A program made the position numbers and the translations under genes. Shown here in pieces: positions 19,345 to 29,292 of a DNA stretch of 57,497 bases. The DNA lies in NCBI GenBank assembly GCA_913043225.1, contig CAJWLU010000021.1:1-57497 (forward strand), written 5' to 3'. The DNA is from an uncultured Acidobacteriota bacterium. Its GTDB lineage: Bacteria > Acidobacteriota > Vicinamibacteria > Vicinamibacterales > UBA8438. Positions within the stretch are counted from its first letter, which is position 1. Each line of letters starts with the position of its first letter. The notes under the pieces were generated by a model that saw nothing but the letters and a program-made list of their open reading frames with translations, did no database searches and was not told the DNA's origin.

Positions 19345-19761
19345 CTACCGTCCGAGGTAGTCGTTGTCGCTGACCGGGCCTTCCCAGTTGGTTTGGCCGC
19401 TGCTGAAGGTGAGCTGCACCAGCCGCTCGTCTGCTGCCGCGCCGTGCCAGTGCACCACCCCGGCCGGGGTGTAGATGGGCACGCCGATTTCGAGCGCCAC
19501 CACCGCTTCGCCGCGTCGCTGGGTTCGCCCCGAGCCGCTCTCGGCCATGATGATCTGGAAGTTGCCGTGGCTATGCCAATTCGATCGGGCGCCGGGCTGG
19601 AACGTCAGCCGTGAGGGGCGCACGTCGACGTCGCCGCGTGTCGGCGCGCCACCAACGAAGTTGGCCTGGCTGAGCTGTCCCATCGAGGGCGCCGCGGTGA
19701 CGACCAGCAGGCAGAGGAGGCCTGAGGTCACAGCCAAGGCAATGCGTCCGTGGGTCTTCAT
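19345..19761 (-). CDS. Secreted cupin-domain protein
   Basis: Signal peptide; FQPGARSNWHSH and PAGVVHWHGA cupin motifs. Confidence 0.88.
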   Translation of the reverse strand: MKTHGRIALAVTSGLLCLLVVTAAPSMGQLSQANFVGGAPTRGDVDVRPSRLTFQPGARSNWHSHGNFQIIMAESGSGRTQRRGEAVVALEIGVPIYTPAGVVHWHGAAADERLVQLTFSSGQTNWEGPVSDNDYLGR

Positions 19762-19865
19762 CCTGTCTCCCGTCTCAGTGTAGATGTCGCGGCCATCGTA
19801 GCGCCGGTCGGACTCCGGGGCAATGTCTCAGTGGTATCCTCGACCAACCGCGAAAGGAGCTTCGT

Positions 19866-20765
19866 ATGGCACGCACACGCATCCTCGCCGCGTTGGTCAC
19901 GGTCGGCCTGCTGTCGGTTGGCGCGGCCGCCTGGCAGCCGAGTCAGGGCGCCATCGACGGCGCCACGATCGAACAGGTCAAGGGTAACCTCTACGTGATC
20001 AAGGGCAACACGCCGGTCGATCGGTCGGTGTTCAGCGGCGGGAACGTCGGGGTCTTCGTGATGGACCGCGGCGTAGCCGTGGTCGACACCAAGTTGCCTG
20101 GATGGGGGCCGACGCTCCTCGAACGGATTCGTGAGGTCACCAACAAGCCGGTAGTTACGATTATCAATACCCACACGCATGGCGACCATGTGGGCAGTAA
20201 CGATGGCTTCCCCGACTCGGTCAATATCGTGGCTCATGCCAATACCAAGGCGAACATGGAGCGGATGGAGAACTTCCAGGGGGACGGCGCGGCGTTCCTG
20301 CCGGATCAGGTTTACGAGGACCGCCTAACCCTCGGCTCCGGGGCCGACCAGATGGACCTCTACTATTTCGGCGTGGGGCACACTAGTGGCGACACCTTTA
20401 TCGTGTATCCGGCGCTCGGCGTGATGCAGACCGGCGACATGTTCCCGTGGCGTGACGCGCCGTTCCTCGACGTCAACAATGGCGGCAGCGGTGTCGCACT
20501 GCCAGAGACGTTGGGCCGAGCGGTCGACACCATCGACGGTGTGGACACCGTCGTCCCTGGACACATCCCGGTCACCACTTGGGAGAGCTTGCAGGAGTTT
20601 CAGCGCTTCACCGCCGATCTGCTGGCCGCCGTGCGGCAGGCCAAACAGAACGGTCAGACCGCCGACCAGGCGGTTGTGGGAGTGGACCTGTCGTCGCGCT
20701 ATCCCGAATACAACTCAACCCGGGTCGAGGCAGCGATCCGCGTGATCTACGACGAGTTGCCTTGA
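19866..20765 (+). CDS. Secreted MBL-fold metallo-hydrolase
   Basis: RBS AAAGGAG; NTHTHGDHVG, GHTSGD, TGD, VPGH. Confidence 0.92.
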   Translation: MARTRILAALVTVGLLSVGAAAWQPSQGAIDGATIEQVKGNLYVIKGNTPVDRSVFSGGNVGVFVMDRGVAVVDTKLPGWGPTLLERIREVTNKPVVTIINTHTHGDHVGSNDGFPDSVNIVAHANTKANMERMENFQGDGAAFLPDQVYEDRLTLGSGADQMDLYYFGVGHTSGDTFIVYPALGVMQTGDMFPWRDAPFLDVNNGGSGVALPETLGRAVDTIDGVDTVVPGHIPVTTWESLQEFQRFTADLLAAVRQAKQNGQTADQAVVGVDLSSRYPEYNSTRVEAAIRVIYDELP

Positions 20766-20840
20766 GAACGACGGCTATAGTACGAATCGACGTCCGTTGC
20801 TTCGGCGCGATGGTGGACCGGTAGCGCCGCCAGGTTTTTC

Positions 20841-21875
20841 CTACGGTCCGGGGATGACGCCCTCGGTTGACAGGTGGATCCGGTAAAGACCAGTGCTGGC
20901 GGTCATGAAGAGGGTGCTTCCGTCGCCGCCCCAGGCGACGTTGGCCGTGACCTCACCCGGCTTGATCGTCCCGAGATGTGTGCCGTCGGGCGTGATTACC
21001 CACACCCCGCCAGGTCCGGTGGCGAACAGGTTCCCGTTCACGTCCACTTTTAGACCATCGGCAGCCCCAGGTTCGGTCTGGTCGTTGATGTCGTAGAGCA
21101 CTCGAGCATTCGACGTGCCGGAGTCGTCGATGTCGTAGGCCATCCAGACCTTATTCTCGGTATCAGAGTTCGCGACGTAGAGGATCGTCTCGTCCGGCGA
21201 GAGCGCGATGCCATTTGGCCGGGTCTGGTCCTCGACCAGCAGCTCGAGCTCGCCGTCGGCCGCAAGCCGGTAGACGCCGTTGAAGCCACGCCACTCGGGC
21301 GACTCTTCGAGCCCCTCAAGGCCGTAGGGCGGATCGGTGAAATAGAGCGACCCGTCTGAGGCGAACACGGCGTCGTTCGGGCTGTTCAGTTGGCCACCTT
21401 CGTAGGCCTCGACCACCACACTGCGCGACCCGTTGTCCTCCAGCCGTGAGATCCGGCGGTAGCCGTGCTCGCAGAGGATGAGGTTGCCGTCGGCGTCCAT
21501 TGTCAGTCCGTTCGAGCTGACCGACCGTTTCCCGGTGCGGTCGCCCTCGAACACCGGATTGATGAACTCGCTGGCCCCGGCCGCTTCGCTCCACTGATGG
21601 ATGTGGTTCTCGCGGACGTCAGAGAACAGCAGCCGGTTATTCTGGCGGTCCCAAACCGGTCCTTCAGTGAAGGTGTAGCCGTCGCTCAGTTTCTCGATGA
21701 CCGCGTTGGCTGGGACGAGCGCGTCGAAGCGCGGGTCGAGTCGCACGATCTCGCCGATCGCAGGTGCTTCCGCCGGCGTTGTCTCCTCGGCCGGTGCCTC
21801 TGGGGCACTTCCTCCACAACCGCTGATAACGACTCCGGAAACGATGACGCTCAATACTCGATAGCTCTGTTTCAT
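20841..21875 (-). CDS. SMP-30/gluconolactonase family lipoprotein
   Basis: Lipobox ISGC; FTEGPVW, SNG, NSPND, FTDPPYG, PNGIALSPDE, ADGLKVD. Confidence 0.93.
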   Translation of the reverse strand: MKQSYRVLSVIVSGVVISGCGGSAPEAPAEETTPAEAPAIGEIVRLDPRFDALVPANAVIEKLSDGYTFTEGPVWDRQNNRLLFSDVRENHIHQWSEAAGASEFINPVFEGDRTGKRSVSSNGLTMDADGNLILCEHGYRRISRLEDNGSRSVVVEAYEGGQLNSPNDAVFASDGSLYFTDPPYGLEGLEESPEWRGFNGVYRLAADGELELLVEDQTRPNGIALSPDETILYVANSDTENKVWMAYDIDDSGTSNARVLYDINDQTEPGAADGLKVDVNGNLFATGPGGVWVITPDGTHLGTIKPGEVTANVAWGGDGSTLFMTASTGLYRIHLSTEGVIPGP

Positions 21876-21912
21876 GGTTCTTCTACTTCGTTCAGGTGGT
21901 CGCTAGCGAATG

Positions 21913-23895
21913 CTACTCGGGTAGCGCTAGCGCGACGTATTCGCTCCCCATGTCGTCCCAGCCGACTGTGACCAGGATGTACTGTCGTCCGCCGATCATG
22001 TAGCTGATGGGGGCCGCGGTGGTGCCACCGGACAGCTCCATCTCCCACACAACTGCGCCCGTGGCCTTGTCGTAGGCTCGGAACATCTTGCCACCACTCC
22101 CGGGTGGAAGGAAGGCGGCGCCCACGTTCGCGCCTTCGCCGAGGAAGACGAGACTGCTGGTGACTAGTGGCGCGGCTCGGCCGCCCTGTCCGAGCGGCGG
22201 GAGGTTGAGATGGGCGATCGCCGGGTGGTCGCGCGGACCGTCCCCGTTGGCCACGCTCCAGAGGATTTGGCCCTGGTTAAGATCGATGGCCACCAGCCGG
22301 CCGTAGGGTGGCTTGAACAGCGGCAGGCCCTGCGGCCCTGGAATGTGACGCGCGCCCTTCAGGGTCCAGTCGACGTCTGAGCGTGGATGTTCGGATCGGC
22401 CGAGGCCGACCACTGTGCCGCTGTGTGCCGACGGGACATACAGAATGCCCGTTTCGGGGTCTACGCCGGCGCCGTTCCAGTCCGTGCCTCCCACCAGGCC
22501 GGGCACGACCATCGTGCCTTTGGTGCCGCCGGGGGTGTCGTCGATCAGTGTCGGTGGGGTGAAGAGCGGACCCCACACGTAGTCGTCGAGAATCTCGATC
22601 GCTTCAGCCCGTAGCGCCGGGGTGAAGTCGATCAGGTCGTCCATGGTGACGCCCTGCTGGTCGTAGGCCGGTGGACGGGTCGGGAACGGCTGCGTCTCGG
22701 CGTACCATTCCCCGGGGACGTTGCCCCGGGGGACAGGCCGCTCTTCGATCGGCCAGACCGGTTCGCCGGTGACCCGATCGAAGACGTAGGTGTGAGCCTG
22801 TTTGCTGACGAGGGCCACCGCCTTGATGGCTCGACCGTCCACCGTGATATCGACGAGGGTCGGCGCGGCGGGGAAGTCGTAGTCCCACAGCCCGTGGTGC
22901 ACGGCCTGGAAGTGCCAGACTAGTGTGCCGGTCTCGGCATCGAGACAGACCAGGCTTTCGGCGTAGAGGTTGTCACCCGGGCGGTGACCGCCGTAGTAGT
23001 CGCTGGTGGGTGTAGAGAGCGGGATGTACACGTAGCCCAGCTCCTCATCGGCGCTCGGAGACGCCCACATATTGGTGTTTCCGGTGTACTCCCACGAGGC
23101 CCGATCTTCGTTCAGTGCCGACAGCCAGGTCTCGTTGCCTGGTTCCCCTTCCTTCGGGATGGTGTGGAAGATCCAGCGCTGTTCACCGGTGCGGACGTCG
23201 AAGCCGCGGATGTCGCCCGGCGGCATCTCCTTGAGTGCGGCCATGGTGTGGTTAGTGATGTCGCCGATCATCGAGCCGACGACGACGATGTCGTTGACCA
23301 CGAGGGGGGCCGACCGCCAGCGGAAACTGTCAACGCGCGGGTCGTCGTAGCCCTGGATTAGGTCGACGGCGCCGTTTTCGCCGAAGTCAGGATAGCGGGC
23401 GCCGCTGGCGGCGTTCAGAGCGACCAAAGTCGACCCTAGAATGGCCAGGATGCGGGTATCGCTGTCGTCGGTCCAGTAGCCCAGGCCTCGCACGGCGCTC
23501 GCCCGGCGGGGCGGCGCCCCGTCCGTGGATGGTGGGGGAGGGTCATGCCAGAGGAGCGCGCCCGTCGTGGCATCGAGGGCGGCCACGCGGCCGAGCCCCG
23601 TGCTGATGTAGAGCCGGCCATCGGCCATTAGCGGGGTGTTCTGCGACGCGCTGGGCGCGTCGACCGTACTGTCGCCGCGGGTGCCGTCTGGCACGGTCGA
23701 TTGCTGCCAGACGACCTCAAGATTGCGAACCGTTTCGGCATTGATCTGGTCGAGCGGTACGTACTTCGAGCTGGCGTGGTCGGCGGCGTAGGTCCGCCAC
23801 TCCACGTCCTGTCCGATGGCCGGTTCAACACCCAAGCCGATCACGCAACCGACAACGGCGGTTGTTCCGACGCTCACCCTTGAGAGTCTGCGCAT
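21913..23895 (-). CDS. PQQ-dependent dehydrogenase, glucose/quinate/shikimate (mGDH-like) family, exported
   Basis: PLDQIN, QNTPL, RGFDVRTG, DYYGGHRPGDNLY, WHFQAVHHGLWDYD, KPPYG; ATG at 23895 followed by a signal peptide. Confidence 0.92.
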   Translation of the reverse strand: MRRLSRVSVGTTAVVGCVIGLGVEPAIGQDVEWRTYAADHASSKYVPLDQINAETVRNLEVVWQQSTVPDGTRGDSTVDAPSASQNTPLMADGRLYISTGLGRVAALDATTGALLWHDPPPPSTDGAPPRRASAVRGLGYWTDDSDTRILAILGSTLVALNAASGARYPDFGENGAVDLIQGYDDPRVDSFRWRSAPLVVNDIVVVGSMIGDITNHTMAALKEMPPGDIRGFDVRTGEQRWIFHTIPKEGEPGNETWLSALNEDRASWEYTGNTNMWASPSADEELGYVYIPLSTPTSDYYGGHRPGDNLYAESLVCLDAETGTLVWHFQAVHHGLWDYDFPAAPTLVDITVDGRAIKAVALVSKQAHTYVFDRVTGEPVWPIEERPVPRGNVPGEWYAETQPFPTRPPAYDQQGVTMDDLIDFTPALRAEAIEILDDYVWGPLFTPPTLIDDTPGGTKGTMVVPGLVGGTDWNGAGVDPETGILYVPSAHSGTVVGLGRSEHPRSDVDWTLKGARHIPGPQGLPLFKPPYGRLVAIDLNQGQILWSVANGDGPRDHPAIAHLNLPPLGQGGRAAPLVTSSLVFLGEGANVGAAFLPPGSGGKMFRAYDKATGAVVWEMELSGGTTAAPISYMIGGRQYILVTVGWDDMGSEYVALALPE

Positions 23896-23935
23896 GATGA
23901 CCTCGCTAGTCTCCGATCCGGTCCGCGACGTGTTC

Positions 23936-24125
23936 TCAGTCTGGCGTGTCGCACTGTAGCAGCTCAGCGTGTGTTTGCCTGAGATCTCGCTTGAGCACTT
24001 TGCTGCTCGGGCTCTTCGGAAACCGGTCGACGATGACCACTCGCTTGGGTCCTTGAATCCCGTCAGGTGTGTTCGGCAGTGTGCGGTGACCGCCTCGGCG
24101 CTTACCGTCCACCCAGGTCGCCGGC
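23936..24125 (-). pseudogene. Frameshifted C-terminal remnant of an acyl-CoA synthetase (AMP-binding_C)
   Basis: RRPGWTVSAEAVTAHCRTHLTGFK then, after a 1-nt shift near 24050, PKRVVIVDRFPKSPSSKVLKRDLR; no N-terminal part present. Confidence 0.8.
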
Positions 24126-24295
24126 CGATACTCCGCGTGCTGCCAGTCCGAGTCCGAGCCGGGTGTAGAAAAGGTCGAACTCGGCGTAGTTCCACCTGGT
24201 GTTATCGCACGCCAGCACCGGTTCGTCCGGCGACCGCGCCTCGGTGCGCCGCAGCAGGTCGCCGAACGTCTAGCGATGGACGACGCTGAGAGCCA

Positions 24296-24754
24296 TCACC
24301 CGAAGATTTCCTGCATCACCAGATACGATGCGTCGTCCATGCCCAGCCGGGCGTAGGTGGCCTGCGCCGGTGTGTTGTCCACCTCGACGTACAGCCGTAG
24401 TCCCACCACGCCGGGGGCGGTCTTTGCCAGCTCCTGCAGATGTCGGTAGAGACCGGCGAAAACACCTCGTCGACGATGATCGGCGTGGACGTAGACACTC
24501 TGGAGCCACCAGATGTCGCCGTTGCGCCAGTCACTCCATTCCCGAGTGTGCATGACCTGGCCCACCACCACGCCGTCGACACATGCCACGAAGTAACGGC
24601 CCTTGGCCGGATCCTCGAGTAGGACCTGCACTCCGGCGCGAAGTGTGTCGCGGTCGAGAACGGTATCTTCGGTCTCGGAGGCGATCCGGGCGTTGAAGTC
24701 GACGATGACGTCAAGGTCGTCCGCTGTGGCGGGCCGAATGGTGAGATCGGACAT
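24296..24754 (-). CDS. GNAT family N-acetyltransferase
   Basis: IRPAT, WLQSVYV..HRRRGV, N..AQ..Y..LG. Confidence 0.92.
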   Translation of the reverse strand: MSDLTIRPATADDLDVIVDFNARIASETEDTVLDRDTLRAGVQVLLEDPAKGRYFVACVDGVVVGQVMHTREWSDWRNGDIWWLQSVYVHADHRRRGVFAGLYRHLQELAKTAPGVVGLRLYVEVDNTPAQATYARLGMDDASYLVMQEIFG

Positions 24755-24804
24755 GCTACGCTGCCACCATACCTGATCGACATCAACGCGGCGGTCCCGC
24801 GTTT

Positions 24805-24926
24805 CTCTGTGAACGATCTAGTGGGTTGTGACCAGTACCCGTGTGAGGGCGGCAGGGACCGCGGGAGAAGGCGCGGTGTCAGCCCTGCCATACGGGGACG
24901 TGGAACTAGGGCCCCACCCTACAGAG
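24805..24926. other. Long nested imperfect inverted repeat (candidate structured RNA or degenerate miniature repeat)
   Basis: Nested pairs CTCTGT/ACAGAG, GTGGG/CCCAC, CCCGT/ACGGG, GGCAGGG/CCCTGCC, ACCGCG/CGCGGT. Confidence 0.5.
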
Positions 24927-24944
24927 TCCCCCAAACCCAAAGCT

Positions 24945-26579
24945 TTACGGCTGCGGTACGAGTCCCGGCAGCACGTAGGCGAAGATCATGGTCACGACCC
25001 CCATGAACAGGGCCAGCACGATGCTGTGCTTCAGGGTGATCCGGAACAGACGTCCTTCTTCTGACGACGCCATGCCGGTGGCGGCGACGGCCACGGCGAT
25101 GCTCTGCAGTGAGATCATCTTGCCCATGACCCCGGTGGCGGCGTTGGTCGATGCCGTCAGTATGGGATTCAGACCCAAGGCGTTGGCGGTCACCACTTGG
25201 AGGGTGCCGAAGAGAGCGTTCGACGAGGTGTCGCTCCCGGTCAGGAATACGCCGGTCCAGCCGAGCATGGCGCTGAAGAAGGGGAAGACGGCGCCGGTGG
25301 CGGCGAACGCCAGGCCCAGCGTCGAGGTCATGCCGGCGTAGTTCATGACGAACGCGACCCCGAGTACCGAGGCGATGGTCAGCAGCGGCATCGACAGCTG
25401 CTTGAGCACCGAGCCGACGACGCCCACGAATTTGGCCGGCGACATGCCGAGCACGAGCGAGGCGGCGAATGCGGCCAGGAAGCAGGAGCTGCCGGCTGCG
25501 GCCAGCCAGTTTACGTTGTAGACCGCGCCGTAGGGCGAGGGTTCGGCGGTCAGTGGCGGTACCCGCATGATCAGGTTGTGCAGGCCCGGCACATCGATGG
25601 CGAAGGTGACCGAGTTGACCAGGCTGGTAACCGGCGGTAGCAGCCGCCACGCAAGCACGAAGATGACCAGCAGCATGTAGGGGCTCCAGGCGAACAAGAT
25701 CTGGCCCATGCTGTGGCTGTGGCCCTTGGCGGTGGCTTCGGTGTCGCCCTCGAGACGGAACACCTGGGCTGGCTGCCAGAACTTCATCACCAGAACCATC
25801 GAGATCAAGGCGGCAATGGAGGCGAAGATGACCGCGAGTTCAGGGCCCAGGGTGTTCGTGGCCCAGAAGAGTACGCCGGCGAACGAGATCGAGCAGGCCG
25901 CGATCGGCGGCAGTACCTCGAAGGCGCGCTTGAAGCCAGACATGATCACCACCATGTAGGCGGGGATGATGATGGCGATCAGGGCGCACAGCCGGCCGGT
26001 CATCGAGCTGAGCGGGTCCATGTCGAGCCCGGTGATGCCCTGCAGGGTGACCACGGGGATACCGAGCGAGCCGAACGCGACCGGGGCCGTGTTGGCCACC
26101 AGGCAGATGAACGCCGCATAGAACGGCGCGAAGCCGAGGCCGGTCAGCATCGCGGCCGCCACCGCCACTGGCGTGCCGAAGCCGGCCGCGCCTTCGATGA
26201 ACGCGCCGAACGCGAAGCCGATCAACACCGCCTGTAGCCGCCGGTCATCGCTGAGAGCGCCGATCGAGTCCTTGATGATCTCGAACTTGCCGGTGTCGAG
26301 CGTGACACGGTAGAGGATGAGCGACGCGATGACGATCCAGCCGATGGGAAACAGTCCGAAGGCAGCGCCATAGACCATCGAGGCGCCGGCCAGTCCGGCG
26401 GGCATTCCGTAGATGCCGACCGCGAGCACCAGCGACACTCCGAGGGCGCTGAGCCCGGCCACCCAGCTTGGCTTGCGGGCCACGCCGAGCAGGTAGAACA
26501 GGATCACCAGCGGAATCGCTGAGACCAGTGTGGACAGAAGAAGGCTCTCGCCAACCGGAACGTAATCGTGTTGCCACAT
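24945..26579 (-). CDS. lctP: L-lactate/glycolate permease (LctP family)
   Basis: FGAFIEGAAGFGTPVA, ANTAPVAFG, GVFLTGSDTSSNALFG, MGKMISLQSIAVA. Confidence 0.95.
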   Translation of the reverse strand: MWQHDYVPVGESLLLSTLVSAIPLVILFYLLGVARKPSWVAGLSALGVSLVLAVGIYGMPAGLAGASMVYGAAFGLFPIGWIVIASLILYRVTLDTGKFEIIKDSIGALSDDRRLQAVLIGFAFGAFIEGAAGFGTPVAVAAAMLTGLGFAPFYAAFICLVANTAPVAFGSLGIPVVTLQGITGLDMDPLSSMTGRLCALIAIIIPAYMVVIMSGFKRAFEVLPPIAACSISFAGVLFWATNTLGPELAVIFASIAALISMVLVMKFWQPAQVFRLEGDTEATAKGHSHSMGQILFAWSPYMLLVIFVLAWRLLPPVTSLVNSVTFAIDVPGLHNLIMRVPPLTAEPSPYGAVYNVNWLAAAGSSCFLAAFAASLVLGMSPAKFVGVVGSVLKQLSMPLLTIASVLGVAFVMNYAGMTSTLGLAFAATGAVFPFFSAMLGWTGVFLTGSDTSSNALFGTLQVVTANALGLNPILTASTNAATGVMGKMISLQSIAVAVAATGMASSEEGRLFRITLKHSIVLALFMGVVTMIFAYVLPGLVPQP

Positions 26580-26587
26580 GGGGCGAG

Positions 26588-26596
26588 ACTGTAGCA
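26588..26596 (-). promoter_or_regulatory. Putative extended -10 box of a leaderless lctP transcript
   Basis: TGcTACAGT 8 nt upstream of ATG 26579, no Shine-Dalgarno. Confidence 0.5.
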
Positions 26597-27107
26597 CGCC
26601 CAGTTGGCCTGGCGACCATAAACCGACGCCCGAGGTAAGCTTCGAAGATGACCACGTCCCTGAGCGGATGGATTGAGCGTCTGCACACAGAGTTGGGCGT
26701 CGACGTTTGCTCGATCTACCTCCTCAGCCTGTGTTACGTGCCGGCTGCCGGTAGTCGGTCATCGGACATGCATCGACGCTAACGGGTTGAGGACGCCGAA
26801 CATCCGGCCGTCAAGGGCACAGGCTTCTGGCTCCATACTTTTAGCCTTCCAGACACATAACCGCGTTACAATGAACAGGATGCGTCGGTCATACGCATCC
26901 CTGCGTGGGGGCTCTTGAGCGCGAAGGCGTCGGAGGACGCCCCCGTCTGAAGCACGAGGTGCCCAACATCACACGGGTTCCTCTGAACACTCGACCCACT
27001 GGGAACGGTACGGCAACGCCGGTGAAGGCTGGCGACGGACGCCGACCAGGTGGGTGTTTGTCGGCCACGATGCGCGACCGATGCCCGCCAGTGAAAGGTT
27101 AACGACC

Positions 27108-29204
27108 GTGATTAGCGACCTGACGACGATCCGCAATATCGGGGTCTCCGCGCACATCGATAGTGGAAAGACGACCCTCAGCGAGCGCATCCTCTACTAC
27201 ACCGACCGGGTGCACGCCATTCACGACGTGAAGGGCAAGGATGGGGTCGGCGCCAAGATGGACTCGATGGAGCTTGAGAAGGAGCGCGGCATCACCATCG
27301 CGAGCGCTGCCACGCATACCTCGTGGCAGGACCATCACATCAACATCATCGACACACCGGGCCACGTCGACTTCACCATCGAGGTGGAGCGGAGCTTGCG
27401 GGTGCTCGACGGCGCCGTGCTGGTGCTGTGCTCGGTGGCCGGCGTGCAGAGCCAGTCGTTCACCGTCGACCGCCAGATGAACCGGTACGCGGTGCCGCGG
27501 GTCGCGTTCGTCAACAAGTGCGACCGTGTCGGCGCAGATCCGGTTCGCGTCCGCGATGCGTTGCGGGAGAAGCTCGGCCACAACGCCGTGTTGCTGCAGC
27601 TGCCGATCGGGCTCGAGGAGGACTTTGCCGGTGTGATCGACCTGGTCCGGATGAAGGCCTATTACTTCGAGGGCGAATTCGGCGAGACAGTGGTCGAACG
27701 GGAGATTCCGGGCGCGCTCACGGCTGATGCCGAGAGCTACCGCGAGGAGATGCTCGACGCGGTGTCGATGTTCTCAGACGAGTTGATGGAGGCGGTGCTC
27801 GAGGGTGAGGTCACCGAGGATCTGGTGCACAAGGCGGTGCGCGAGGGGACCCTTTCGCTGCAGCTCACACCGGTGCTGCTGGGGTCGGCCTACAAGAACA
27901 AAGGTGTGCAGAAGTTGCTGGACGCCGTCGTGGCGTACCTCCCGGACCCGACCAACATCTCGAACGACGCGATCGACCTCGACGCCGAGGACGAGGCCAA
28001 GGTCGGGCTCGAGCCGGACCCGGAGAAACCGGCCGTGGCGCTGGCGTTCAAGCTGGAGGACGGACGCTACGGACAGCTCACCTACATGCGTGTCTACCAG
28101 GGTCACCTGACCAAGGACACCGTCATCACCAACAGCCGAAGCGGCAAGAAGACCAAGGTTGGGCGCCTGGTGCGCATGCACGCCGATGAGATGGAAGACA
28201 TCACCGAAGCTGGCCCTGGCGATATCGTGGCGATCTTCGGGCTCGACTGCCATTCGGGCGACACGTTCACCGACGGCGCGGTGAACGTCAGCATGACGTC
28301 CATCCACGTGCCGGCGCCGGTGATCTCGCTGTCGGTGACTCCGGCCGACAACAAGTCGCAGACGAATCTGACCAAGGCGCTGCAGCGGTTCACCAAGGAG
28401 GATCCGACATTCCGAGCCGGGGCCGACCCCGAATCGGGGGAGACGGTCATCCACGGGATGGGCGAGCTGCAGCTCGACGTCTACATCGAGCGGATGCGTC
28501 GCGAGTATCAGGTGGAAGTGGAGGTGTCGCCTCCGCAGGTTGCCTACCGCGAGACGATCAGCCGGCGGGTCGACTTCGACTACACCCACAAGAAGCAGAC
28601 GGGTGGGTCGGGGCAGTATGGGCGTGTGGTGGGCTACATCGAGCCGCACACCGAGGCCGCATTCGAGTTCGTGGACGAGATCAAGGGCGGCGTGATTCCC
28701 CGACAGTTCATCCCGGCGGTGGAGAAGGGGCTGAAGTCGATGCTGGCCAAGGGCCGGAAGCTCGGCGCACCGGTGGTGAACGTCCGGGCGGTGGTCAACG
28801 ACGGGAATCACCACTCGGTCGACTCGTCCGATGTGGCGTTCCAGGAGGCGGCGCGCGGCGCCTGGCGCGAGGCCTACGACAGGGGCGCGCCGAAGGTGCT
28901 CGAGCCGATCATGCGGGTAGCGGTCGAAGCGCCCTCGGAGCACGCGGGGAACGTGCTGACCACGATCATGCAGCGCCGAGGTACCGTGATCGGCCAGCAG
29001 GAAGTGGGCGGCATGACCATCACCGAATCGGAGGTGCCGCTGGCCGAGATGTTCGGCTACGCGACCACGCTGCGGTCGGCGACGCAGGGCAAGGCGGACT
29101 TTACGATGGAGTTCTCCCGCTATCTGCCAGTCCCGGGAGCGGTTCAGGCCGAGCTGATCGAGGCCAAGGCGGCCGCCGACAAGGAGAAGGCGCGTGCGAG
29201 CTAG
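27108..29204 (+). CDS. fusA: Elongation factor G, spirochete/planctomycete/deltaproteobacterial (mtEFG1-related) type, outside the str operon
   Basis: [56 protein letters not shown] at 27108 after GAAAGG. Confidence 0.97.
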   Translation: MISDLTTIRNIGVSAHIDSGKTTLSERILYYTDRVHAIHDVKGKDGVGAKMDSMELEKERGITIASAATHTSWQDHHINIIDTPGHVDFTIEVERSLRVLDGAVLVLCSVAGVQSQSFTVDRQMNRYAVPRVAFVNKCDRVGADPVRVRDALREKLGHNAVLLQLPIGLEEDFAGVIDLVRMKAYYFEGEFGETVVEREIPGALTADAESYREEMLDAVSMFSDELMEAVLEGEVTEDLVHKAVREGTLSLQLTPVLLGSAYKNKGVQKLLDAVVAYLPDPTNISNDAIDLDAEDEAKVGLEPDPEKPAVALAFKLEDGRYGQLTYMRVYQGHLTKDTVITNSRSGKKTKVGRLVRMHADEMEDITEAGPGDIVAIFGLDCHSGDTFTDGAVNVSMTSIHVPAPVISLSVTPADNKSQTNLTKALQRFTKEDPTFRAGADPESGETVIHGMGELQLDVYIERMRREYQVEVEVSPPQVAYRETISRRVDFDYTHKKQTGGSGQYGRVVGYIEPHTEAAFEFVDEIKGGVIPRQFIPAVEKGLKSMLAKGRKLGAPVVNVRAVVNDGNHHSVDSSDVAFQEAARGAWREAYDRGAPKVLEPIMRVAVEAPSEHAGNVLTTIMQRRGTVIGQQEVGGMTITESEVPLAEMFGYATTLRSATQGKADFTMEFSRYLPVPGAVQAELIEAKAAADKEKARAS

Positions 29205-29292
29205 TGCCGAGGTGATTCAGCTCGATGCGGTGCGACCGCTTCATCAACGACGTGACCGGACACCCCGGTCGAGGGGGCAGGAGGCGCCCAGC

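Noticed and set aside
19866..20765. Metallo-beta-lactamase resistance gene
   Set aside because: Generic MBL fold with a bridging Asp (TGD), typical of non-lactamase hydrolases
21913..23895. WDYD as evidence of lanthanide dependence
   Set aside because: DxD is normal in the mGDH/quinate family and is not diagnostic there
23896..24195. 100-aa N-terminal extension of the PQQ dehydrogenase in the ORF track
   Set aside because: It reads through a pseudogene remnant; the signal peptide begins at ATG 23895
24805..24926. 6S RNA or SRP RNA identity for the long hairpin
   Set aside because: Shorter than a typical 6S RNA and lacks the SRP domain IV motif; kept only as an unassigned structure
26995..27050. 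CCCACTGGGAA...GGTGAAGGC resembling part of a cobalamin riboswitch
   Set aside because: The upstream AGGGAA/GGTGnAAnTCC core and the B12 box are absent, and the downstream gene is unrelated to B12
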